IMG/VR virus record: IMGVR_UViG_3300030060_006228
Span: 3,076-67,075 of that record
DNA length: 64,000 bases
Direction: 5' to 3' (one strand)
Source: a virus
Made by a program: the position numbers and the translations under genes. Shown one piece after another: positions 18,083 through 28,160 of this stretch. A model generated the notes under the pieces. The model did not search any database. It was not told the DNA's origin and saw nothing but the letters and a program-made list of their open reading frames with translations. Numbering within the stretch: the stretch's first letter is position 1; every line of letters begins with the position of its first letter.

Positions 18083-19392
18083 TATCCTAGTTTTTGACGC
18101 CACGTTGGAATCGTGTGTATCTCTCTTAATGAATCATTTATTCTTGTTGCAGAACTTGCTGATCCCATAGAATTAGGACTATCTACTTTTGGATTGGGTG
18201 GGGTTGTTATTGGTAACGGAAGCATAGACGGTGGATTTTCTTGTCTAGAGTTTGCTGCTTCAGTTTTTATTGATTGGTTTTCCATCGCACTCATTGTGGC
18301 ATTTTTAGAAAGATTAGCATTTGCTTTTTCTATGGTATTTGCTTCTGCTAAAATTTGAGGAACTTTATCTAGAGGGGTTACAATTTCAGGTCCTGCTTCA
18401 CCGACAATTGCTTTTGTTGCACTATCGACATAACCACCCTCTGCAAAAAAGGTGTATTCCTCTTTAGCCTGGTTGTTGATTATTCTTTCGATTTCTCTCT
18501 TCGGAACTTTCATTATGTTTGTGATGAAAGTTTTATTATTTGTTGGTGACTCAGAATCTATAAAATCTGTGTCTGAGTATGTCGTGAGAGGAGAGTAATT
18601 TACACTAGTATCATTCCGGTTTAAAACTTTGGTGTTTTTGTTTTCAAAGTTTTTGAACGATGTTTTTGCAGAGTTTACTTTATCCATACTGCTTACGTTT
18701 TTAATATTAGATACAGATCGATCTATATTATTTTTATAAAATTCGTTCTTATGCTCTCTATTTTCATTTAAGATACTATTAACTCTGTTTTGGTTACTAT
18801 TGTTTGTGTTTGAAAATGAGATAGGCGAGTCGTGTTCTTGTGTAAATGTGTCGCCTGAAATCTTGTTTAAAGTGTTTGAATTCAAAGACTTCTCGAATTC
18901 CATAAAACTATTTTCGATAGATTCGACGGGATTCAGAACATCTTTAGTTTTTACTTCTGGAATATTCACCGGAGTATCTAAAAACAAGTTTACTGATTTT
19001 GATATATCTTCCTTGGTAAACGAGGGAGAGTACTCTCTCATAGAATAGTTCTTGTCAGCCTCTCTTGTGTTTCTTATAGTGTCGTATTTTTCATTCGTAA
19101 TAAAATTATTTACTACCTCAGTGTTGTTGATACTATCAAGTCTTTTATTTATTTTCTCAATTGAAGTCGTGAGTGCATCAAGAGAAAATAAATCTCCATT
19201 GAAGGGAGTTACTTTACTTTCGCTGGTGGATACGAAACTGTTTTCTTCTGGCGAATCTAGTTCGGGTATCTCTATTTCTCTAGAAGGGTGAAACATATTC
19301 TCAGAAGATATAGAGGTAGAGAAGTCGAGAGAAGTTGGATTCTCCTTTATGAAGTTAGATATTTCTTCTAGTTTAGAAGTTCTATTGTCCAC
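18082..19392 (-). CDS. Putative tape-measure-related / baseplate hub protein
   Basis: FAEGGYV...IVGEAGPEIVTPL motif; directly downstream of gp26/gp51. Confidence 0.5.
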   Translation of the reverse strand: MDNRTSKLEEISNFIKENPTSLDFSTSISSENMFHPSREIEIPELDSPEENSFVSTSESKVTPFNGDLFSLDALTTSIEKINKRLDSINNTEVVNNFITNEKYDTIRNTREADKNYSMREYSPSFTKEDISKSVNLFLDTPVNIPEVKTKDVLNPVESIENSFMEFEKSLNSNTLNKISGDTFTQEHDSPISFSNTNNSNQNRVNSILNENREHKNEFYKNNIDRSVSNIKNVSSMDKVNSAKTSFKNFENKNTKVLNRNDTSVNYSPLTTYSDTDFIDSESPTNNKTFITNIMKVPKREIERIINNQAKEEYTFFAEGGYVDSATKAIVGEAGPEIVTPLDKVPQILAEANTIEKANANLSKNATMSAMENQSIKTEAANSRQENPPSMLPLPITTPPNPKVDSPNSMGSASSATRINDSLREIHTIPTWRQKLG

Positions 19393-19576
19393 GGTTTCTA
19401 TTTCCTGTCTTTATCTTTAGGTTTTCTTCTTCGATATAACCGATTAGCATCGATAAGTATATATCTCTTTCCCACGGAATAAGTGTTTCTAATTCATGCA
19501 GACTATATTTGTAGTGATGTGTTAAGTTCCAGCAAACGGAGTAAAATTCCCCCAGTCCTAGATGACTGAGGGTTAG
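19382..19576 (-). CDS. 51: gp51-like hub assembly chaperone; no own start, probably reached by -1 frameshift
   Basis: LTHHYKYSLHELETLIPWERDIYLSMLIGYIEEEN; missing from the ORF track. Confidence 0.8.
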   Translation of the reverse strand, partial: LTLSHLGLGEFYSVCWNLTHHYKYSLHELETLIPWERDIYLSMLIGYIEEENLKIKTGNRNRGQ

Positions 19577-20292
19577 CCGAAAAAATCTCCTAACCCCGAC
19601 AGCACTATTTCTCTGTCAACCCCATCATTTGTTGTATAGTTTACTTTATGTTCCAGTCTGGGTGAAGTAACAAAGAAGTTTAAAATGGCGTCAAATTGTT
19701 TTTTAGTCATAGCATCCACGAACTTACTTAACTCTTCTGTTCCTATTTCGTCTGCACTTTCCTTTGCTTCCTTTGTCTCTACTGAATCTATGCAATGTAG
19801 AATCATGTCGTAGAAGTCAGATGAATTTGTGGTGTCTATATCACCACCAAATTTTTCAAGTATTCTTATAGAGGGATATTTCATGTTTACAATAACATCA
19901 TCGCTTATTTTTATCGAATTGGTGTGACTTTCTGTTCTCTTCAGTTCTATTTCTTCTAGGTTAACAGAACATTCGATCTTTTCACCCGTATGTGGACAGA
20001 TGATGATGGGATCCACTACTTCACCAACCGATTTTGATCGTATTTGGACAAACAGATACTCTATATCGAAAATAGGAAGAACAGAAGCATCGTTTACAGA
20101 TTCAACACATGATTCTATGATGTCTTTGATTGCAAGCATGATATCATTCTTGGATTGGGTATTCTGTGCAATCAATAATATTTTTTCTTCTTTCACCAAG
20201 AATGGTCTAAATCGAGTCTTCTCCCCGGTGGAGGGAATCGTCACATCATACTTGGGAGTTTTTTCTAACAATAAAGATGATATAGTGTTCAT
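19573..20292 (-). CDS. 26: Baseplate hub assembly protein gp26
   Basis: RPFLVKEEKILL, FDIEYLF..IRSKSVGE, GL.DFF C-terminus. Confidence 0.92.
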   Translation of the reverse strand: MNTISSLLLEKTPKYDVTIPSTGEKTRFRPFLVKEEKILLIAQNTQSKNDIMLAIKDIIESCVESVNDASVLPIFDIEYLFVQIRSKSVGEVVDPIIICPHTGEKIECSVNLEEIELKRTESHTNSIKISDDVIVNMKYPSIRILEKFGGDIDTTNSSDFYDMILHCIDSVETKEAKESADEIGTEELSKFVDAMTKKQFDAILNFFVTSPRLEHKVNYTTNDGVDREIVLSGLGDFFG

Positions 20293-20306
20293 AATTTAAA
20301 AATCTC

Positions 20307-20900
20307 CTAAATGGTTTCGTAAATATATTCTTTGTACCCCATTTTAACTTCGAGACGACTAAAGTCATTTTGTGAAGCAGAAGTCAATGAGATTGGCAGT
20401 AATGCAGATGGATATGGTTCAATAAGAGTAAATTTTGCTACTGGTTCTCCGTTTACATTTAACGGTTTTATAACAACAGAAGAATCCTTTGCATAGTCAG
20501 CATATTCCCTCATGGAGTCTGGTCTACTATTATAGGTTGAAATGAAATTACCCAAAATACCACCAAAAGATCCAGGCGTTAGTTTGTTAAACATTGTGTT
20601 CATCCATGCTTCAAAGAAAGTTCTCTCTCTAAAGTCATCAGATAATCCAAGGGTTAGAACGAAATCATCATTGTTATATTGCCTAGCAATTGGGATATTT
20701 CTTTCTAACCCCCAAAGGAATTCATTTTGAGTCTTTACACCTCTACCGGGAACAATTACTGAGACGATGTATGGTTTATCCAGAGATCCATTTGGACCGA
20801 AAATTTCTACATGAAACTTATTTGGTGAATGTAACTTACCAGAAAGAATTTCATTCTTTAAGTTACTAATTGAATTTGATTCTGGACCGATTGATGGCAT
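20307..20900 (-). CDS. Tail-tube-fold protein (gp54-like tube initiator)
   Basis: PN.F.V, VPGR, ERTFFEAWM, L.EPYP pattern. Confidence 0.7.
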   Translation of the reverse strand: MPSIGPESNSISNLKNEILSGKLHSPNKFHVEIFGPNGSLDKPYIVSVIVPGRGVKTQNEFLWGLERNIPIARQYNNDDFVLTLGLSDDFRERTFFEAWMNTMFNKLTPGSFGGILGNFISTYNSRPDSMREYADYAKDSSVVIKPLNVNGEPVAKFTLIEPYPSALLPISLTSASQNDFSRLEVKMGYKEYIYETI

Positions 20901-20923
20901 GTGTAGTCTCCTCGATTATTTAT

Positions 20924-21358
20924 CTATATTAGAAGATGTTCTTCTGTTAAAATAACGAATCTCCAGCCATTTTTGTGACACACTTCTTTAGCCGCTTTCC
21001 ACTTTGCCTCGTTTATTGAATAACGAAGACACTCTTTTATATACACTCTTTTTTGTTTCTTTCCTCGTTCCGGAAGTTCTGTTTGTTTTTTCGGTTTCAC
21101 TTCTATCATTACAGTTTCTACCGTATTGTCCGGATTTCTCTTTTCGACTAGAAAATCTGGGTAGTATCTGTGCATCTTTTTGTCTACGGGGGAATAATAT
21201 GGAACTGCTAACTCTTCGCTTCCCCATCGAATAATATTTTTATTTTCGTCTAAATACTTACACATTCTTCTTTCCCACAACGAACGACATACTATGGAAG
21301 AAATGTCACCCATATACTTCGATTTATTTTTTGGATTGAAGCGTGATTTGTAAGCCAT
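20924..21358 (-). CDS. 4: Head completion nuclease gp4 (TnsA-like)
   Basis: RSLWER, HRYYPDF, IEVKP, NEAKWKAA. Confidence 0.93.
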   Translation of the reverse strand: MAYKSRFNPKNKSKYMGDISSIVCRSLWERRMCKYLDENKNIIRWGSEELAVPYYSPVDKKMHRYYPDFLVEKRNPDNTVETVMIEVKPKKQTELPERGKKQKRVYIKECLRYSINEAKWKAAKEVCHKNGWRFVILTEEHLLI

Positions 21359-21414
21359 ATGTATCCTTTAAACCTCATATATATTTAGTAACCACAAACT
21401 AGGAGAGTTAAAAG

Positions 21415-22242
21415 ATGGCAGGAATAGATTCAGGAATTGCACTAGGTGACTCTATTGCTAAATACCCTCTTAATGCTGATGAGCAACAAGAGATCGAATT
21501 GTGGTTGAATATCCGTGCGTTTTCATTTACCAGACTCAAAGCATTGCGTGCTTTGGAAATTGGAAATCAAAAATGTAATATGTGGCTTCCGATGCCTACC
21601 AAAATGGAAACTGGGACATCGATTAGTTACAACATGGGACCGGCGGAAGAAGGGACTTTAACAAAAGCAATCAACTCAGTTGCAAGCATAGGATCTATTG
21701 GAGATCTTTTCACGGGTGTTCTTGGTTGGTTTGAGAGTGTCACGGGTGTTGCAAATGCTGTCGGAAAACGAGACATGGATCAAAGAGAATCAGTTTTCAA
21801 TGGTGCGGGACTTAGATCACATAAATTTGATTGGACTCTTGTTCCCAAAGACGCTGAATCATCGGCAAGAATATTTTCTATGGCTTATAGGTTAAACGCT
21901 TTAGCCTACCCCGGTGCAGCGGCTCAAACATCCAGTATGTACCACCCACCTCTATTCACGTTGGGTGTTTTCCAAGGAGCAGCGGGTAGTAATGGGAAAG
22001 GTAGAACAGAATGGTCTATGGATCCTCAGTTGTGCGTCCTGAAAAGTTGTTCTATCGATAGGAGTGGAGCGGGTGCGGCCTATTCCGTTGGATCTAGTGA
22101 TTTCCTCCCAGCAGTTTGGAAAATTTCTTTAGAGTTTACTGAATTCGAACCTCTTGTCAGATCTATGGTAAATGATCGACTGGTTTCAAGGTCTGTTTCC
22201 GATACCGTAGGTCTCGCAGATGCCTTTATCAATTCAATTTGA
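21415..22242 (+). CDS. 48: Baseplate tail-tube cap gp48
   Basis: LPMP, R.H.F.W.L.PK...ES, CVL.S, L.F.E.EPL. Confidence 0.8.
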   Translation: MAGIDSGIALGDSIAKYPLNADEQQEIELWLNIRAFSFTRLKALRALEIGNQKCNMWLPMPTKMETGTSISYNMGPAEEGTLTKAINSVASIGSIGDLFTGVLGWFESVTGVANAVGKRDMDQRESVFNGAGLRSHKFDWTLVPKDAESSARIFSMAYRLNALAYPGAAAQTSSMYHPPLFTLGVFQGAAGSNGKGRTEWSMDPQLCVLKSCSIDRSGAGAAYSVGSSDFLPAVWKISLEFTEFEPLVRSMVNDRLVSRSVSDTVGLADAFINSI

Positions 22243-22254
22243 GAGTTATTAAAT

Positions 22255-23313
22255 ATGTACTTCAATAAATTACCAAAAACAGAACATACCTTTGTCTATG
22301 AGAGTGAAGGTAAAACTAAAAATATAACACTTCCTGTTGTTGATATTTTTAGAAGAGTCTCATTCACTAAAAGTTCTAAAAACAATGCGGATAATTATGA
22401 ACTCTATACTATAGCAAACGGAGAAAAACCAGAAGATGTCGCTGCGAATGTCTACGGAGATCCTAGTCTGTGGTGGTTGATTCTTCTTTTCAATGATGTT
22501 TTGGATCCTTTCAATGAATGGGTTTTTGATTCGTCCTCTTTGAATGATAGGTTGGATTCTTATTATGGCGGATCTAGTTTTTATTTTACCGAACAACTAG
22601 GCGTTAATACAGATGATATTATGGTAAAGCGAGACACCTCAATAGAGGGTGGTATTGACATAGAAAAGTATGGATTTATTGGTGAATATGATCCAATCAC
22701 TCATAGAGTTGATATTCGAACAAGCAAGAGTGTTGGTACTTTGAACGAGGGTGATGAGGTTTACATTTTTAGGAAAAAATCAGATGGTGGATATGCGTCT
22801 GTTGGATCATGGGGATCGACTGGTTGCTATCCCTCTTTCGCAGGGAACACATTCTGCAATGAAATTTTAGGTCCCACATCCGGAACTAATGCAACTCCAT
22901 ATTCCGCGCCTCTTTGTGCTACTGCCGGATCTACATTTGGTATTATACGAAAGAAAGTAGACATCTTAGAGTCTGCTGATGAATTTTTAGATTCTGTCGG
23001 GAATCCAATCAGTCCTTATTCTGGAATAACAGGAATTGCTTCTGGTGTGAACCAACCACAAGGAGATTTTTACAGAATTGGTAATATATGTGGATTAACA
23101 TCATCTGTACTATATCGGTATATCGATGACAATCTCCCATCTACAATTAAAGTAAAAAATAAAGCGGCTGGAATTATAGAAGAAAATGATGCAAGAAGAT
23201 CTATAAAAGTGTTGAAGATATCAGCAATTTCTCGCGTGCTTTCTGAAATAACTGCGATGTTGCGTGGCACGACCGTTCCGAGAGGAACCGTAGAGTTTAT
23301 AGAGTATAACTAA
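22255..23313 (+). CDS. 53: Baseplate wedge gp53
   Basis: MYFNKLP, GEKPEDVA..VYGDP.LWWLILLFN, ENDARRSIKVL. Confidence 0.9.
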   Translation: MYFNKLPKTEHTFVYESEGKTKNITLPVVDIFRRVSFTKSSKNNADNYELYTIANGEKPEDVAANVYGDPSLWWLILLFNDVLDPFNEWVFDSSSLNDRLDSYYGGSSFYFTEQLGVNTDDIMVKRDTSIEGGIDIEKYGFIGEYDPITHRVDIRTSKSVGTLNEGDEVYIFRKKSDGGYASVGSWGSTGCYPSFAGNTFCNEILGPTSGTNATPYSAPLCATAGSTFGIIRKKVDILESADEFLDSVGNPISPYSGITGIASGVNQPQGDFYRIGNICGLTSSVLYRYIDDNLPSTIKVKNKAAGIIEENDARRSIKVLKISAISRVLSEITAMLRGTTVPRGTVEFIEYN

Positions 23314-23328
23314 ACCAAGGAATTTGTA

Positions 23329-26300
23329 ATGTCTGAAACCGGAAGAGCAACACCACAAGAGTTTAAGTTAGAGTCTGTCATTCTCGAACGATTGAACGGA
23401 GACTCTATAACAATTTTTCCTCCACCAAAAGACGATGGTGCAACCCAACAAATTTTTCAGGGAATGAATATAACCGAAGGTATTTTCGAACCAACTACAA
23501 AAGGTTCGATTACTATTCGAGATGCTTTCGATGCGTTTGAGGGATTCAATCCAATAGGAGGAGAAACCTTAAGGATAAGGGCTTTCACCCCAGACATTGA
23601 AATGCAATTACCCTCAGAAAAACATGAGATTGATTGTGTGTTTATTGTTTATGATTGTACAAAGATATCAAATGAGGCGGGTGAACAAATATCTGGACCA
23701 TCGACTGGACAGGTGTTTTGGAAATTAGACTTCTGTACCCCGGAGTACTTTCTTTACAAACAAGAAGAAGGTTACTTGGAGGACGACTTCATAGGTCCAA
23801 TTTCAGGAGAGGATGGATTAGTTCAACAGTTAAGAGAAAAATATTTCAATAATGAAGATGGTAAAAACAGGCAGATGCCTGAAGAAAATATAGAGGATAC
23901 CGCTAACTCTATTTGGTTGAAGAAAAATAACCTGATGTACCCGTGGGGAAAGAGTAGAAGCAATCCCAGTCTGTTTAATATGATGGATAGTCTTGCTGAA
24001 AATTCAATCTCCTCAAATAATCCAAACGCAGCAAACTATCTTTTCTATAATACGACAAAAGGATATTCGTTCAGATCTGTGAACGACATGATTCTCAGTG
24101 CAGAAGAAGAACCAAGAGAATTTAAGGTAGATGTCCAGAAACCGGATGATGATACTTCGGTAGAACATGCGATAAGTATTTCTGAATTTGATCATTTATC
24201 ATTGTGGAAAAATGGAGGATATAGTTCGTATTATACACTCACACGACCTTCTTTTGAGGATCCATATTTTGATCATGTAGACTTTAATGCATCACACGAT
24301 AGAGTGGTTGTCGATTATCAATATCATAGAGACTTCGATAACATTGAACATATCGAAGAGTATAAATTGTTACCCGAAGATGTAAAAACTGAGAAGGAAA
24401 ATGGAACTGAACTCCATGATAATATTTACGGTTATTTTGGTGAGTATCATAATAATGCAAACAGACACACAGATGTTACTAATTTAAATTACGAAGATGG
24501 ATATGGAAATGTATATGGGAAGTCGGACAAGAAAACTTGGCAAACAATGTTTGACATTAATTCACTTCCTGTTTCTGATCTAAAAACGATACAGGATATA
24601 AAAGAAGAATTAGTAGAAAACAAAAAAGAGTATGCTAGAATTCGTAACTTAAGAAATAGATTTGACACCTATGAATGTAGTGTTTGTTGTTTACAGTCCC
24701 CGCCTGGTGTTACGGGATCTATAGATGAATATAAAATAGTATCGGCGGGTTCTTTTTCTGATGTTGTTAATTATGAAAGAAAAGAAGATGAAGAGGGTAT
24801 CCGATTTAGAACCAGTTATGAATTTGGTGAAGGTGGAACCGGACCTTGGAATGAGACGTTAGGTGAATTTTATTATCTAAAGGACGAGGTTCCGGATTAT
24901 CAGGAATATGTTCTGAATGCAGAAATAGTCCGACTAGAAATAGCACTACAGGCGAATCAACTGTTTTTAAGTAACTGCGAGGCTGGAATCGGAGGTGCGG
25001 ATACCTCGGATGGTTGTCCTGATTGTGATTATGTACGAACATTAAGATGTAATGCCTGTGCCTCGGGTGATGATTTTGATTATTCTGGCACTGACGGTTG
25101 TAGTGCCACGAAACAAGAAACTCTAGCAAGAATAGATAGAATCACCAGACGATTGGATGAGTGGTATGCATACCGAGAAGAATTCCCAGAGTCGTATAGC
25201 AGAAACTGGAATAAGAAGGCTTACTTCATATCAAAACAACCAGAGAATAATAAGTTAAATAACACGATAGTTCCGGATAGTCTATTCAATGTTAAAAGTA
25301 TAAAAAGAATACCTCTTCGGAATAGTAGATACGAACAGTTTGCAAGAAAATATAATGTTAAAGATGGTGAGTTGGGTGAATGGATTTATAACGCTTACTT
25401 GGGAAATAATACAGACATAGATCCTACTCAGCCGGGTGGACACCCAATATATGATCAAAAGTATATGCCCTTTGAGATGGCAGGTCCGGGTGCATATAGA
25501 GATGCTTCACAGAGGTGGTGGGGAATTGCTCAAACTGATTATGTAAATCAGTTCTGTGACATAGACTATAGGCAAGCAGGGGACGAGTTCGTCGCGGACT
25601 ACAACGTATGTAGTGCCTGTTTCTCTCCGACTGCTGGATTTTATGGTGGTGTGAATGTAGATCTAACGGAAGTTGATCAATTTACATGGAGAGTTGGGAC
25701 TGATTATGATCCGAGTCCATGTGGTGTCGAAAATGAAAATGGAGGTAGGGAGTACGAATCAGAAGCAGTATATCAAACCACGGATCACGGTCCTCCGTGG
25801 GGAGTAGTTGCACCTCCTTGGCATCCAAATGCTGGAGAAATTTTATTACCGGGCGGAGAGTTTGATCCATTCGTATACTCACAGAGATGGAATTTTTATC
25901 TAGACGATATTGCAGATTATACCCCCGTATCAATAAAAAGAAAAGAGGTTCAAAGTTTTGTCCGAGTTGAATTCGAACAACCAATCGGACTAGAAACATT
26001 GAATGAATTTCCAAGTGGATTCATCCGAGACGCTGGTTACGAATATTTTCTTCCGTATCTTGTGATGCTTACACCCGGACCTTATGGTAAACAAGGCGCA
26101 AGAAAAAATATTGCCGTTATTGGGATTGATCCTTATGGATTTGATGTTGCCGTGGAACCAGAAGATCCAGACTACGGTGACAACACAGACGATGAGGGAA
26201 TGAACCTATATCCATCGGAAGAATGGGAAACAGAAACTCCCTACTATACCACAAGTGGAGGTAGAGGATATGATTACTATTCTGGTGGAAGATACGGACG

Positions 26301-27708
26301 ATATGGTAGAGCATATTCAAGTAGATCGTGGAACAGAAAAGGTCATGCGTATGACACACTATATCATTCTAGTGTAAATGTATCTTCAGGCGCTCCGAAC
26401 AGTTATTATCATTTCGACTACACCCCTCCACTCCCGGCATACCACAAATACAGTGGTTACTATTATGGTAACTATGGATATGGTTATAATTACTTCTATA
26501 ACTGGGAATGGAACTACAACGGATATTATTATAATTACTTTACCAATTACTACTATGATGTTTGGGATTACCAAGAACCCACTCTTTCAGATACCGACTC
26601 GTTTGGTGCGGGTAACTGGTGGAGTTGGAGATGGTTCTATGGTTATAATTGGGTTTGGGGAACTGAAGCCGAATATAGAGCAGGAACCCCAGAGGAGGAA
26701 ATATGGAAATATGATGCGAGCGGAAATACCGAATATGGTATGATTGAACCTCCGCAGGGACATGCTTTCTATTACCAAAGATCAAATGAGAAAAACGAAT
26801 TTGGAAGAAACTTCGCTGCTCAGTTTGTAGTATTCTCTAGAAGAAATGTTAACAGTTGTGCCCAAGACGGATATAGATGTGCAAATCCCAATGGACCTGT
26901 TAGTAGTTTTGGATGTCCAGAGGATGATCCATACTGCAATTGTCCAGAAAAGTATTTGATCCCCAGAAATGAAAGGGTTGTTTCTAGAGCAGAACTTATT
27001 GATTCTGGTGTAGATGTTCCTAGTACGGGATTCCTAAATCCTCTTGAATATATTTACTTTGCAGTAGATCAAGAAAACAACATATTAGAATCCTTTGAAG
27101 GGCTGCCTGGATCCACGATTGATCAGGTTTTTGCTGGTGGATTGTTTGGGTTTACTAGTGTTCAGGAATGGTTGGATGAAAATGGATCAATTTCTGAAAA
27201 ACCAACCGACGAAGATATAGAGGAAGCAAAAAGATTAACAAGAGAATGTGAACTGATAGAAGAAAATCTAGGAGATACTTGGTTAGGATGTCTTTGGAGT
27301 AATCTAGACGATCCTATAAGTTGTGGTTGTCCGGGTAGAGGAGAAGACTTCAAGAAGTATATTGAGTACACAAGATCACAATCTACTTTCTGGGACACTC
27401 CAGAAAACGTCCCTCTATTGAGAAACGCACAGATGCTTCAGTTAAACTCACAGAAGGCACTGGTGGTTGTCAATGGTGATTTTTCTCTCCAGCCGGGTGA
27501 TATAATTTCTCTCCGAATTCCTCTTTCGGTAGACGCGGATAGGGAAAACACAAGAGCGTCTGGTAGATGGTTAGTTTCTCAAATCAATCACACATTCTCA
27601 ACACAACAGACTCATAGAATGGTTTTATCTTTAATACGAGATACCTCTAGCGTCCCTGTTGATGAAGCATCGTGGGTTAATTGGTTTAACCCAATTATTA
27701 GTTCCTAG
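23329..27708 (+). CDS. Large baseplate hub-like protein (gp27/gpD-like) with long inserts
   Basis: N-terminal I.E.IF....G.I.I.D and C-terminal NGDFSLQPGDII...SGRWLVSQINHTF. Confidence 0.65.
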   Translation: MSETGRATPQEFKLESVILERLNGDSITIFPPPKDDGATQQIFQGMNITEGIFEPTTKGSITIRDAFDAFEGFNPIGGETLRIRAFTPDIEMQLPSEKHEIDCVFIVYDCTKISNEAGEQISGPSTGQVFWKLDFCTPEYFLYKQEEGYLEDDFIGPISGEDGLVQQLREKYFNNEDGKNRQMPEENIEDTANSIWLKKNNLMYPWGKSRSNPSLFNMMDSLAENSISSNNPNAANYLFYNTTKGYSFRSVNDMILSAEEEPREFKVDVQKPDDDTSVEHAISISEFDHLSLWKNGGYSSYYTLTRPSFEDPYFDHVDFNASHDRVVVDYQYHRDFDNIEHIEEYKLLPEDVKTEKENGTELHDNIYGYFGEYHNNANRHTDVTNLNYEDGYGNVYGKSDKKTWQTMFDINSLPVSDLKTIQDIKEELVENKKEYARIRNLRNRFDTYECSVCCLQSPPGVTGSIDEYKIVSAGSFSDVVNYERKEDEEGIRFRTSYEFGEGGTGPWNETLGEFYYLKDEVPDYQEYVLNAEIVRLEIALQANQLFLSNCEAGIGGADTSDGCPDCDYVRTLRCNACASGDDFDYSGTDGCSATKQETLARIDRITRRLDEWYAYREEFPESYSRNWNKKAYFISKQPENNKLNNTIVPDSLFNVKSIKRIPLRNSRYEQFARKYNVKDGELGEWIYNAYLGNNTDIDPTQPGGHPIYDQKYMPFEMAGPGAYRDASQRWWGIAQTDYVNQFCDIDYRQAGDEFVADYNVCSACFSPTAGFYGGVNVDLTEVDQFTWRVGTDYDPSPCGVENENGGREYESEAVYQTTDHGPPWGVVAPPWHPNAGEILLPGGEFDPFVYSQRWNFYLDDIADYTPVSIKRKEVQSFVRVEFEQPIGLETLNEFPSGFIRDAGYEYFLPYLVMLTPGPYGKQGARKNIAVIGIDPYGFDVAVEPEDPDYGDNTDDEGMNLYPSEEWETETPYYTTSGGRGYDYYSGGRYGRYGRAYSSRSWNRKGHAYDTLYHSSVNVSSGAPNSYYHFDYTPPLPAYHKYSGYYYGNYGYGYNYFYNWEWNYNGYYYNYFTNYYYDVWDYQEPTLSDTDSFGAGNWWSWRWFYGYNWVWGTEAEYRAGTPEEEIWKYDASGNTEYGMIEPPQGHAFYYQRSNEKNEFGRNFAAQFVVFSRRNVNSCAQDGYRCANPNGPVSSFGCPEDDPYCNCPEKYLIPRNERVVSRAELIDSGVDVPSTGFLNPLEYIYFAVDQENNILESFEGLPGSTIDQVFAGGLFGFTSVQEWLDENGSISEKPTDEDIEEAKRLTRECELIEENLGDTWLGCLWSNLDDPISCGCPGRGEDFKKYIEYTRSQSTFWDTPENVPLLRNAQMLQLNSQKALVVVNGDFSLQPGDIISLRIPLSVDADRENTRASGRWLVSQINHTFSTQQTHRMVLSLIRDTSSVPVDEASWVNWFNPIISS

Positions 27709-27722
27709 TCAAAGGCTTTTAG

Positions 27723-27730
27723 TATAAATA
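27723..27730 (+). promoter_or_regulatory. T4-type late promoter
   Basis: TATAAATA upstream of gp25. Confidence 0.8.
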
Positions 27731-27751
27731 TTCGAAAGGAGAATTGTATAA

Positions 27752-28159
27752 ATGTCAGTAAAATATTCAGACTATGATATCGATTTTTCTTCGAATGCCT
27801 TCACTGGTGATATTTCGTTGAAAAAAGAGGCTGCTGCTATAAGGCAGTCTGTCCAAAATATCATCATGACAAAAAAAGGAGAAAAGCCTTTTAATCGAGG
27901 GTTTGGTGTCGGTATAAGAGATTATTTGTTTGAAAATATCTCCTCTAGTGAATTGGACATTGCAGTTCTCAGATCTGAAATACAAACTCAACTAATTAAC
28001 TTTGAACCCAGAGTTGTGCTTGACGAAATTATTATTGATGATTCTTTGATTGATAGAAATGAATTAGGTATACAGATAACTTACAAGATTTTAAAAGAGT
28101 CAGACATATCATCCTCCCCATCCGATAGACTTAGCATATCAATAACAAAGGTAAGATAA
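27752..28159 (+). CDS. 25: Baseplate wedge gp25
   Basis: AIRQSVQNIIMT..GEKPF..FG...LFE, FEPRV. Confidence 0.93.
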   Translation: MSVKYSDYDIDFSSNAFTGDISLKKEAAAIRQSVQNIIMTKKGEKPFNRGFGVGIRDYLFENISSSELDIAVLRSEIQTQLINFEPRVVLDEIIIDDSLIDRNELGIQITYKILKESDISSSPSDRLSISITKVR

Positions 28160-28160
28160 A

